Assembly (NCBI GenBank): GCA_965238175.1
Contig: CBDEGZ010000003.1
Coordinates: 2,560,001-2,624,000 of the forward strand
Source of the DNA: Gammaproteobacteria bacterium
GTDB lineage: Bacteria; Pseudomonadota; Gammaproteobacteria; CAJXQU01
DNA: 64,000 nt
Reading direction: 5' to 3'
The notes beneath the pieces are model-generated. The model was given only the letters and a program-made list of their open reading frames with translations, searched no databases and was not told the origin of the DNA. Made by a program: the position numbers and the translations under genes. The first letter of the stretch is position 1. Each line of letters starts with the position of its first letter. Positions 39,523 through 48,408 of this stretch are shown here, piece after piece.

Positions 39523-41193
39523 TCAAGAGGTTACTTCTGATTTATGCAATGTGATCTGCTGGAATGGTATCTCCCATCCATATTTATTACAGGCATTCGC
39601 AAATGAGTAGATCATAGTCCGTTCTATTTCTTCATATAAGTGTGCAGATGTCCCTTTGATAAACGCTTCGTATTCATAGTCAAGTGAGGACGCATTGGGT
39701 AAAAAGAAATCGACCACAACTTTGTGGATCTCACTTTCGCCCATAATTTCTAACAGGTCTTCTTTAAACATAGCCGCCATTTTTTCTGGTATATCCGTTG
39801 TGCATTGTGCCTGGTATTTATAATCAATTCCAAACACCATTTGGATACGATAATTACGAGATAAATTGGTCGGGTTCAAACTCATAAACGTTTCTGTTGT
39901 ATAAGTTTGATGCGCGCCACCAAAAATTTCCAGCTCAACCATTTCTGGACTTTGGTAGATCACTTGGCCGATTGGTTTTTCCTCTAGTTCGACCCATTCA
40001 CCTATTTTACAGGGAAACCATTCTTCATCTTTTGCTGAGGGACGTGAAACCAGTCCCACAAGTTCTCGTAATGGAACATGTAAGCTGCCACCCGTCAGAT
40101 CTGGGTTAACCAAGTGTGAATAAAAATGCAGGCGATCAACCTTCCAGGAAACACCATTTAAAATTACGCGCTCACCTTCACGCACTGAACCAAGATTAAG
40201 CAACAGCATGATCTTTTCGATCATCATGGGTAGTGTTTTGAGCAAAATCCAACCTGTTGCAATTAAAAACAAACCACTAATACCCAGCAATAACCAATCA
40301 TTACGTAAGTTAAAAACAAACAAAGTAGCTAACATTGATATGACAAACGTAAGTAGCAGGCTAAGTAGATCGGTTAGTCGATCAAAAGTTGAAAGTCGTT
40401 GCGAATTTTTTTTATGCCAGATCTTTTTAACAATGGAATAAAAAAATCTTAAAAACAAAAATACCGCAAAAAAAGCTACCAAACCAAGAAGAAGATTTAA
40501 ACCTCTATTTTTAAAAAAATCTGAAAACACATCTCGCGTTGAAGTAAGAAAAGAACCCTTTGCTTCCAGTCGCGTTTTTAACCGGTGTTTAATTATTTTT
40601 TGATCCCCTTCACCATTTTCTAGCTCTAACTGCCAGTTCTCATGCATCTTTTGTAATGCAGCTTTCAAGTTTTCATCGTCCGCATTTGTTAATAACAAAT
40701 CGAGCCGTTTGATTGCCTTAGACGCAACCGATTTTTTATCCTCAACAGATTCAAGATCTTGCTTTAATTGTTCTATTTCCCGAGAATCCGACGTTATTGA
40801 ATTGAGTGCATAAATCATCGGTTGGATGAGTCTTTCAAACTCTTCATTTAGATTAAATGACTCTGGTTCTACTTTTCTATACGCTCCAATATCAACACCT
40901 GTTGCTACTGTTTCCAAATCTGTTTCTATTAGTTCAAGCTCAGATTTGAGTTCTTGATATGATTGCTCTTTCTGTTCTTCATCACTCTGCGCATTCTGTT
41001 TTTTTAGAATTCTTAATTTTTCTTTTAAGATTGCTTCTTTTTCTTGACTGGAAGTAAATAGAGAACGAAGCGTTTCAAGCGTCTCTTGAGTTTCTTTGCT
41101 GGTTTCTGTTTGAATATTTTCATCAGCAATAGTAATTGGTGAGATTAGAAAGAAAATCGCTATTACGATGAGTTTCATCTTCAAAAAATTCAT
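39523..41193 (-). CDS. Membrane protein with periplasmic coiled-coil and MscS-like channel domain
   Basis: Signal peptide, long coiled-coil, 3-4 TMs, VREGER.I.NG, C-terminal EIPFQQITLH typical of MscS. Confidence 0.6.
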   Translation of the reverse strand: MNFLKMKLIVIAIFFLISPITIADENIQTETSKETQETLETLRSLFTSSQEKEAILKEKLRILKKQNAQSDEEQKEQSYQELKSELELIETDLETVATGVDIGAYRKVEPESFNLNEEFERLIQPMIYALNSITSDSREIEQLKQDLESVEDKKSVASKAIKRLDLLLTNADDENLKAALQKMHENWQLELENGEGDQKIIKHRLKTRLEAKGSFLTSTRDVFSDFFKNRGLNLLLGLVAFFAVFLFLRFFYSIVKKIWHKKNSQRLSTFDRLTDLLSLLLTFVISMLATLFVFNLRNDWLLLGISGLFLIATGWILLKTLPMMIEKIMLLLNLGSVREGERVILNGVSWKVDRLHFYSHLVNPDLTGGSLHVPLRELVGLVSRPSAKDEEWFPCKIGEWVELEEKPIGQVIYQSPEMVELEIFGGAHQTYTTETFMSLNPTNLSRNYRIQMVFGIDYKYQAQCTTDIPEKMAAMFKEDLLEIMGESEIHKVVVDFFLPNASSLDYEYEAFIKGTSAHLYEEIERTMIYSFANACNKYGWEIPFQQITLHKSEVTS

Positions 41194-41285
41194 AATACAT
41201 AACCCGAAAAGTTGTTATTTAATTGGTGGGAACATACTATCAGAGTTGACTTTAATAGATGCCTAAATAGACAAAAAATTGCAAT

Positions 41286-41822
41286 ATGTCCGAAGATAAC
41301 AAAACTCAAGATCTCGATTTATTCCAACAATCAGTCAGCATCGATAAAAAACTCAAATTCGATGGTATTAAACCGGTTCGTAAAAAACTAGAAACCACGA
41401 TCAAAAACTCGGAAGAACACGAGAATAATGTGGTCGATAATATGTTCTCAGAAGACTATGAGCCAGCCGTTCTTGAAACCGGTGACGAACTATTCTTCTA
41501 CCGTCCAGGCGTTTCAAAAGCAGTCTTTCGAAAATTCAGAAAAGGGCAATTTAATATTCAAAGTGAACTCGATCTTCACGGTATGACAGTTTCTATGGCT
41601 CGTGAAGAGTTGGCTAACTTTTTGCGTTATTGTCACAAGACTGGAAAACGTTATGTGAGAATTATTCATGGAAAAGGTCGAGGTTCGGTTCAGGGTCAAC
41701 CAGTGATCAAAAATAAAGTCAATATCTGGTTGCAACAGCGTGATGAGATACTCGCATTTTGTTCTGCGAGGCCTGCCGATGGAGGAACAGGTGCGATCTA
41801 TGTTTTGATCAAAAAATCGTGA
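41286..41822 (+). CDS. Smr-domain endonuclease (SmrA-like)
   Basis: LDLHG, IIHGKG, AFCSA...DGGTGA.YVL. Confidence 0.92.
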   Translation: MSEDNKTQDLDLFQQSVSIDKKLKFDGIKPVRKKLETTIKNSEEHENNVVDNMFSEDYEPAVLETGDELFFYRPGVSKAVFRKFRKGQFNIQSELDLHGMTVSMAREELANFLRYCHKTGKRYVRIIHGKGRGSVQGQPVIKNKVNIWLQQRDEILAFCSARPADGGTGAIYVLIKKS

Positions 41823-41961
41823 TCTTCCTCACAATCGAGTCAAGTTTCACAAGTTTACCTTTGAACCATTGATATACTCCCATCTAACATGATATATATG
41901 CGCTTGGAGTTAATATTTTACTCTATATTTTTCAAGGGATTATAAGGAAGAATTAAAGTTT

Positions 41962-43323
41962 ATGGCGAAATGTAAAATTGCCCTGATTGGAATAGAAAAT
42001 CGCGACCGTGCTCTATTAGAAACATCTATAGATTTAGCATCGGGTTTGGCGTCTGGACGATGGCAACTCGTCGATACTCCAGAATCAGCTCAAATTGTTT
42101 TAGTGAATATAGATACCTCTGAAGGCAACAGCTACTCCGTACCTGTCGATCAAATTTCACAAGTCGTTATATGTTCATCAACTACTAAGGAATTAGATAG
42201 TAGATCTGGGATAACAGCCTCACTACCTCTCTCTTACAAAGACGCGACAGTTTTATTAAGAAAACTCGAAACGGCCCTTGTCGTCCCCGGTAAAAATGCG
42301 ACAACTAAAAGAAATATCATACCTGCTACTGCTCTAGCAGCAGAACAAGCAGAACAAGCAGAACAAGCAGAACAAGCAGAACAAGCAGAACAAAATTTTG
42401 AATCATCGACTGATTCGGAAGTACAAGTTAATTTGATCAATTCTATCGATATTGCTAAACATAAAATTGACTGGTTGTCTGATGACGATCCCATTGCTGA
42501 CAATTCGGAATTTGATCCTGCCGCTCTGATAGAAACAGTACCTGCGTTTTCAGAAGCTCAGAACGCGCTAGATGAACTTGATGGTACAAATTCTGCTGAA
42601 ACACCTGCTACATTTAATTCAAAAATAGAATCGTTCGATGCTGACAGCAAAATACTAGGCCTTATCTTAAAAATGATTGAGAATGGTAAAACAACCTTAG
42701 TTACTCACCCATCATTTCCAGTATTAAGAATATTCCCCGACAATGGCTGGTTTGTTTTTTCCGAAGAACTCGACAGTTATCCTGAAATGTTTCGAGAACC
42801 TGCTGAAGCTTTCTCATTTGAAGTAGTCGAAGAAGAAATCAAGAACGAATTAGTCAATGGTCGACTGCCACAGTCGCTATGGAAATTGTTATTCACCGCA
42901 GCACTGTTTGGTTCAAAAGGCAGGTTATTAAGCAACTTGAGTCATCGAAACCCTTTCCATCTGGTTCACACACCCTACTTTGGGATGATCCCTCATACGA
43001 AAGATCATATTAAAGTTGCTGACTTTATGATTAATAATAATGAAAAATTAGAAACGATTGCTACCGAAACTGAAGTCGATATAGAAACAGTTATCGACTT
43101 TTGTAATGCTTGCGATGCTATCCAACTTTTACAGAATGGTGGCGATAACATTCTCGCTACGGATCAAATTAATTCCGATATTTCTGATGCGACAAATATT
43201 GAAAATGATACAACGCTCGAATCAGAAATAGTTCGTGAGCCAGAATCTGATGTCGAAAATTCAATTGACAAAAAACCTGGTTTGATTAATTCCGTTTGGT
43301 CAAATTTAACCAAAACATTCTGA
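41962..43323 (+). CDS. Hypothetical protein: degenerate receiver-like N-terminus, acidic linker, C-terminal putative HTH region
   Basis: Beta/alpha N-terminal domain with no clear acceptor motif; AEQ repeat; upstream of a roadblock gene. Confidence 0.6.
   Translation: MAKCKIALIGIENRDRALLETSIDLASGLASGRWQLVDTPESAQIVLVNIDTSEGNSYSVPVDQISQVVICSSTTKELDSRSGITASLPLSYKDATVLLRKLETALVVPGKNATTKRNIIPATALAAEQAEQAEQAEQAEQAEQNFESSTDSEVQVNLINSIDIAKHKIDWLSDDDPIADNSEFDPAALIETVPAFSEAQNALDELDGTNSAETPATFNSKIESFDADSKILGLILKMIENGKTTLVTHPSFPVLRIFPDNGWFVFSEELDSYPEMFREPAEAFSFEVVEEEIKNELVNGRLPQSLWKLLFTAALFGSKGRLLSNLSHRNPFHLVHTPYFGMIPHTKDHIKVADFMINNNEKLETIATETEVDIETVIDFCNACDAIQLLQNGGDNILATDQINSDISDATNIENDTTLESEIVREPESDVENSIDKKPGLINSVWSNLTKTF
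42340..42393 (+). repeat. Perfect in-frame tandem repeat (GCAGAACAA)x6
   Basis: Six exact 9-bp units encoding (AEQ)6. Confidence 0.97.
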
Positions 43324-43358
43324 ACATTCCACACATATAAATCTAGAAGGAAAATACT

Positions 43359-43763
43359 ATGACTAAACAAGAACAACTTGAACAACTTATAGAAGAACTA
43401 CGAAATAACGTTCCTGACATTACCGGCGTAATGGTTGCGAGTAGTGATGGGCTATCGATCGCATCAGATTTTGCTGAAGAAGAAGGTGCACGTATTGCCG
43501 CTGTTGGCGCCGCTGCGGCTGGCCTTGGAGATCGAATTGCACAAAATGCCTCACTCGGTGATGTAAATGAAACCATGATCAAAGGCAGTGAAAGTTTACT
43601 TTTAATTTATCCTGCTGGAGATGGAGTTCTTGCCATTCGAGCACCTGCACTAGGCAACTTAGGTCTGGTTCGATTAGAAGCCAGTGACACCTGTCAGCAG
43701 GTAAAAAATATTCTTAGATCTAATATTTCTGATCAAACGCAAAGCAATAACTTATACGAATAG
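43359..43763 (+). CDS. Roadblock/LC7 (MglB-like) protein
   Basis: L...VPDI.G.MVASSDGL.IAS, RIAA..A...GLG.RI, NLGLVRLEA. Confidence 0.9.
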   Translation: MTKQEQLEQLIEELRNNVPDITGVMVASSDGLSIASDFAEEEGARIAAVGAAAAGLGDRIAQNASLGDVNETMIKGSESLLLIYPAGDGVLAIRAPALGNLGLVRLEASDTCQQVKNILRSNISDQTQSNNLYE

Positions 43764-43890
43764 TTAAATTCTTTTTCCTACCCCCCCAACACAACTCAAT
43801 AAAAACGTTGGGGGGAATAACATCTTTAAAAAATTCTTAGTAACATTTTAGTAACATCAGGGTATACTTTATAAAAAAGAATCATTCTCG

Positions 43891-44586
43891 ATGTTTCCTC
43901 TGCACGACGACAACCCTACAAATATTAATCCGGTAATCACGATTGGATTTATGGTTATTTGTACACTGACCTACCTTTGGCAAGTAAACCTAGACGATCA
44001 AATTGGACAAGCCGTCATCTATTCGTTTGGTGTAACCCCAACTGTTTTACTAAATTACACACAGTTGTCTCCCGAGTTATACGTCGTACCAGCAGAAGTT
44101 ACCATTATCACTTCTATGTTTATACATGGCGGTTTACTGCATTTAGCCGGAAACATGCTCTATTTGTGGATATTTGGAAATAATGTAGAAGACAGCATGG
44201 GATACGGTAAATTTTTTATTTTCTATCTACTCTGTGGGATCGCCGCTGCGTTAACGCAGGCTTTGGTTTCACCACAATCTAATATTCCTATGATTGGTGC
44301 CAGTGGTGCGGTTTCTGGTGTTCTGGGCGCATACTTATTGTTATATCCTCACGCAAAAGTACTTATCGTTGTTCCCATCATAATCATACTAAAAACATTC
44401 CGGGTACCTGCTATGTTCGTTCTTGGTTTATGGTTTGTGCTGCAATTGGTCAATAGTGCTAATGCGACTCCAGATGAGGGTGGAACAGCTTGGTGGGCAC
44501 ATATCGGCGGATTTATTACTGGTATGGTCCTTATCCCTTTTTTCAAAGATGATAACGTGCCTCTATTTGCTCCAGCACATAAATAA
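43891..44586 (+). CDS. Rhomboid intramembrane serine protease
   Basis: H.G..HL.GNM..L..FG...ED, GASGA, AHIGGF. Confidence 0.95.
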   Translation: MFPLHDDNPTNINPVITIGFMVICTLTYLWQVNLDDQIGQAVIYSFGVTPTVLLNYTQLSPELYVVPAEVTIITSMFIHGGLLHLAGNMLYLWIFGNNVEDSMGYGKFFIFYLLCGIAAALTQALVSPQSNIPMIGASGAVSGVLGAYLLLYPHAKVLIVVPIIIILKTFRVPAMFVLGLWFVLQLVNSANATPDEGGTAWWAHIGGFITGMVLIPFFKDDNVPLFAPAHK

Positions 44587-44681
44587 TTTTTTTCATGGTT
44601 ATTCTATTTTACAAATTTTGTTTTGCAGTTATTTACTAAATGTAAGCTTAGGCATAAATTAATAACAAAAAGGAGATTAAA

Positions 44682-45131
44682 ATGATCACTTTCAAACTTA
44701 TACTCTGTCCGATTGATTTTTCCACCACGTCTTATCATGCACTTGATACCGCAATAGAACTTGCAACAAAACTGGAGGCAAAAATTAAACTTGTACATAT
44801 CTATCAATATCCTGTTTTCAGCATGCCAGAGGCGGATCTTGTTTCGCCAGTAAATTTAACGCTACAAGATGGCTATGAAGAACATATGCAGAAACAACTG
44901 GAAGATGTATGCGACAAATATTCTAATGATCATATTTCTATTGAATCAGAAATAGTCGAAGGCGTTCCATATATAGAAATAGTACAAACTGCAAAAAAAA
45001 TAAATGCAGATTTAATCATCATGGGCACACATGGAAGAACTGGGCTTTCGCACATGCTAATGGGTAGCGTCGCCGAGCGTGTTGTAAGAAGCTCAACAAT
45101 ACCGGTAATGTCAGTTCCAGACAAAGCTTAA
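44682..45131 (+). CDS. Universal stress protein
   Basis: ILCPIDFS, ADLIIMGTHGRTG...MGSVAERVVR. Confidence 0.95.
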   Translation: MITFKLILCPIDFSTTSYHALDTAIELATKLEAKIKLVHIYQYPVFSMPEADLVSPVNLTLQDGYEEHMQKQLEDVCDKYSNDHISIESEIVEGVPYIEIVQTAKKINADLIIMGTHGRTGLSHMLMGSVAERVVRSSTIPVMSVPDKA

Positions 45132-45191
45132 AGACATATTGAGTGATCAGAACACATTGTTCTATCTAATAAAAGAGGATCCTTTGAAGAT

Positions 45192-46007
45192 ATGTTGAAC
45201 ATCGTCACAGCACTACTCTGTGAAACTCGGCCAATTATTTCAAAATTAAAACTGAAATTAAGCTCACATAAATCGCCTTTCAAAATTTATCAAAATGATC
45301 AAATAAACCTGATCATTTCGGGTGTCGGAAAAGTATCTTCCGCAAATGCTATCGGTTATTTATATGCCAATAATAATTCTGTAGAACAGACTAGTGCATG
45401 GTTGAATATTGGTATAGCCGGCCATTCTAGCTTTGAGATAAATACTGGATTTCTGGCCAATAAAATTATTGATAAAACCACTGAACAAACCTGGTATCCA
45501 CCAATTATTTTTGATCAACCTTGTTGTACAGATAAATTAATGACTGTTGATAAACCCGGCAGCGAATATACGTTTAATGGTGGTGTCGATATGGAAGCAT
45601 CAGCTTTTTATGCCAGCGCCTCACGCTATACAACAAATGAGTTGATTCATTCATACAAAGTTGTATCCGACAATCCAAACTCACCACTACACAAGATAAC
45701 ACCTGCTCAAGCTTCTGAATTAATTTCATCGAATATAGAAGATATTCAATTTCTAATCGATCAGTTATTGATCATAAATAATGAATTATCTTCTACCACT
45801 TCGATTCCGATTGACTTTAAAACACTAAAAAAACAAATAAGAATGACGCATTCAGAACAATTAAAAATAAAAAACCTTCTATCGAAATTAAATATTATCA
45901 ATTCTAATTTGACATTGGATTTTGATCAGTTCATAGAAATAGCTTCAAGTGAAAACCTCATTTCTTATCTTGATAATTTGCTAAAAAAACAGGAAATATA
46001 CTTTTAA
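45192..46007 (+). CDS. Nucleoside phosphorylase/MTA-SAH nucleosidase-like protein
   Basis: TAL..E..P, ISGVGK, LNIGIAG, DMEASAF, K.VSD. Confidence 0.75.
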   Translation: MLNIVTALLCETRPIISKLKLKLSSHKSPFKIYQNDQINLIISGVGKVSSANAIGYLYANNNSVEQTSAWLNIGIAGHSSFEINTGFLANKIIDKTTEQTWYPPIIFDQPCCTDKLMTVDKPGSEYTFNGGVDMEASAFYASASRYTTNELIHSYKVVSDNPNSPLHKITPAQASELISSNIEDIQFLIDQLLIINNELSSTTSIPIDFKTLKKQIRMTHSEQLKIKNLLSKLNIINSNLTLDFDQFIEIASSENLISYLDNLLKKQEIYF

Positions 46008-46009
46008 AA

Positions 46010-47005
46010 ATGATATCGACTATTTATATCGAAGATGAGATCCGTGATCATCCTGTTACACAGAAAATTCTCTCTCGTTTCAAAGGTGCAGTTCTAATTG
46101 AGTGTGACCGATACACTGAAGTGTTTAATCGTAATTCACAAAATTTCCGCCTACAGAAGAAAAAACCAGCTTTAATTCTTGCAAAAAAACACAGTGGTTT
46201 CGTTTTAAAAGCACCTGACGATTACGGTATCGATGGTCACGATAGTGATAATTATTATTTTTCACACATGTTGAATTGTATTTATGACTGCCGGTATTGC
46301 TTTCTTCGAGGTATGTATCGTTCGGCTCATTATGTACTTTTTGTTAATTACGACAGTTTCACAGATGCAATTGATCAAACTCTAGAAAATCATCCAGGTC
46401 GAAAAATTTGGTTTTATTCTGGTTATGATTGCGATAGTCTTGCGCTAGATCCTGTTACCGAGTTTGCAGACTTTATACTGCCATTCTTCAAATCTCGTCC
46501 AAATGCTTATTTAGAGTTCCGTACAAAAAGCACACAAGTGCGCTCTCTATTACGTTCTGATCCAATCCTCAATTGCGTCGTAGCATTTAGTTTATCACCG
46601 AGAAATATTACTGAATCTCTTGAAGATAAAACACCTTCATTGCAAAGTCGTCTGGATGCAATGAAGAAGTTACAACAAACTGGTTGGAGTATTGGAATAC
46701 GTTTTGAACCTTTGATCTACACAACGGATTTTAAAGAAAATTATAAACAACTATTCTTACACGTTTTCAAACAACTTGATGCCGATAAAATACACTCCAT
46801 CAGCATAGGTGCTTTTCGAGTTCCAAAAAGCTATTACAAAAATATGTCTAAGCTTTATCCTGATGAAAAATTATTTGCTGGGCCATTAGAAGAAAATAAC
46901 GGCGTCATCGCCTATAAAAGTGAGCTACAAAAGGAAATGCTTGATTGGTGCTATAAAAAAATCTCAGATCAAATTCCTGAGAGTAATCTTTATCAGTGTG
47001 GTTAA
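46010..47005 (+). CDS. Spore photoproduct lyase-like radical SAM protein
   Basis: CIYDCRYC (CxxxCxxC), DCDSLA, LEFRTKS, SLSP. Confidence 0.85.
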   Translation: MISTIYIEDEIRDHPVTQKILSRFKGAVLIECDRYTEVFNRNSQNFRLQKKKPALILAKKHSGFVLKAPDDYGIDGHDSDNYYFSHMLNCIYDCRYCFLRGMYRSAHYVLFVNYDSFTDAIDQTLENHPGRKIWFYSGYDCDSLALDPVTEFADFILPFFKSRPNAYLEFRTKSTQVRSLLRSDPILNCVVAFSLSPRNITESLEDKTPSLQSRLDAMKKLQQTGWSIGIRFEPLIYTTDFKENYKQLFLHVFKQLDADKIHSISIGAFRVPKSYYKNMSKLYPDEKLFAGPLEENNGVIAYKSELQKEMLDWCYKKISDQIPESNLYQCG

Positions 47006-47020
47006 CTTTTTAAAGTTAAT

Positions 47021-48298
47021 TCAGTCTTTTTTTACATGTCTTTTTTCGAGCAGTCGATGTATGCGCATAGCCAGGGTTTGATGTGCAACCGCGGAGTTTT
47101 CTTTTAATATATTAGAAGTTAAGGTCACAATGTAATGAAGATCATTTTTCTCATTTGATGTTTCTATAATAGCGACAGAGTTCATTAAATTCATAACATT
47201 GCCGTGATACTTTTTGCATACGAATTCCGGATCAGGATCATCTTCGCATTTGTATAAAGATCCAGATTTAAAATAAACGGCAGAGTCTTTCAGGGCTGGA
47301 TGAGAGGCATAACGTATCCGCCGCTCGGTCATGTATAGCAATCGTTTAATCTCACGACTAGAAAATTCATCTACCAGATCACCCTGCTCTATCTTCAGCA
47401 TAAGCCTCATTAATTCGCGAGTGGTTCCGTAGCTATTCGTCCCTTGAACTAGACGCTTTCCTTTATAGGTGAAAAAACTTCCTTGCCTTAGCTTTTTTAT
47501 ATTGATCCCATTACGTATCAGAGGTGCTTGAATTGTTTCAGCTAATAATTCAGTAAGTTCTTTTCTTGGCATTTCTGCGAATAACTGATCAGACTTAAAA
47601 TCCGAAACTGGATATTCTTTACCAAAATGTCTGATCAACATAGCTTGTTTTAGCACCATGCTTGCAGCTGCGTTTGAACTCGCTGATAGCATCCAATCAA
47701 GATATTCCCAAAGACTGCCCTGGTCACCAACTCGAAGAGGCCGCTGTTTAACTCGATTTTTTTCAGCTTGCCAGAACTTCACCACATGATGATCACTGAT
47801 AATAAATTTATCTGCAGTAATAATCGTATCCCGCAGTACTTGCTTTCGCTTTTCTATATCATTTGGATAAGCGTAAGCTAACGCTTGAAAAACTGCTGTT
47901 GCGACTATTATTTTGCCGACACTTCCTGGGTTACGTGCAAGATCACCATTATGTTCAGCATAAACAGGCTGCTCAGGATCAGATAGATCCAGCACTGAAA
48001 TTGAATACTTACCAAGGTTCTCGTATAAGAAACGCCGTACTTGTTTCGTTAATACAGTGTCTACTTTAGGCAACTCAACCTCTTCATGATGATGCAACCT
48101 AATATCAATGGCATCAATAGATTGCAAAGCACCTGCAGGTTGCTTGCTTCCGCGTAATTCCCCTTGTTCGATTAAACGTGCAGCTTCAAGTCGACGAATT
48201 TGCGTATCTTCGCTGCCAAATAATGGATAGCCAGAAAGGCCAAAAGGAATAAAACAGCCAGCTAAAATCATTATCTTTCGAAACATGGATTTACTCAT
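47021..48298 (-). CDS. Exported serine beta-lactamase/PBP-fold protein
   Basis: Signal peptide; SxxK (SVGK, Ser126), SxN (SSN) and KTG-like (KSG) motifs in the expected order. Confidence 0.8.
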   Translation of the reverse strand: MSKSMFRKIMILAGCFIPFGLSGYPLFGSEDTQIRRLEAARLIEQGELRGSKQPAGALQSIDAIDIRLHHHEEVELPKVDTVLTKQVRRFLYENLGKYSISVLDLSDPEQPVYAEHNGDLARNPGSVGKIIVATAVFQALAYAYPNDIEKRKQVLRDTIITADKFIISDHHVVKFWQAEKNRVKQRPLRVGDQGSLWEYLDWMLSASSNAAASMVLKQAMLIRHFGKEYPVSDFKSDQLFAEMPRKELTELLAETIQAPLIRNGINIKKLRQGSFFTYKGKRLVQGTNSYGTTRELMRLMLKIEQGDLVDEFSSREIKRLLYMTERRIRYASHPALKDSAVYFKSGSLYKCEDDPDPEFVCKKYHGNVMNLMNSVAIIETSNEKNDLHYIVTLTSNILKENSAVAHQTLAMRIHRLLEKRHVKKD

Positions 48299-48408
48299 AA
48301 TTATCTTATTTTATTTCAGTGTTATTTCTTCCGGGTCATTTCTTAAAGAATTATACCGATCAGTCGATAATAAGTGATGTTATAGATTACAAGACTAATA
48401 CGCGATAG

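Noticed and set aside
47021-48298. Calling the serine enzyme a clinical-type class A beta-lactamase
   Set aside because: Much longer, no recognisable omega-loop ExxLN motif; fold assignment only
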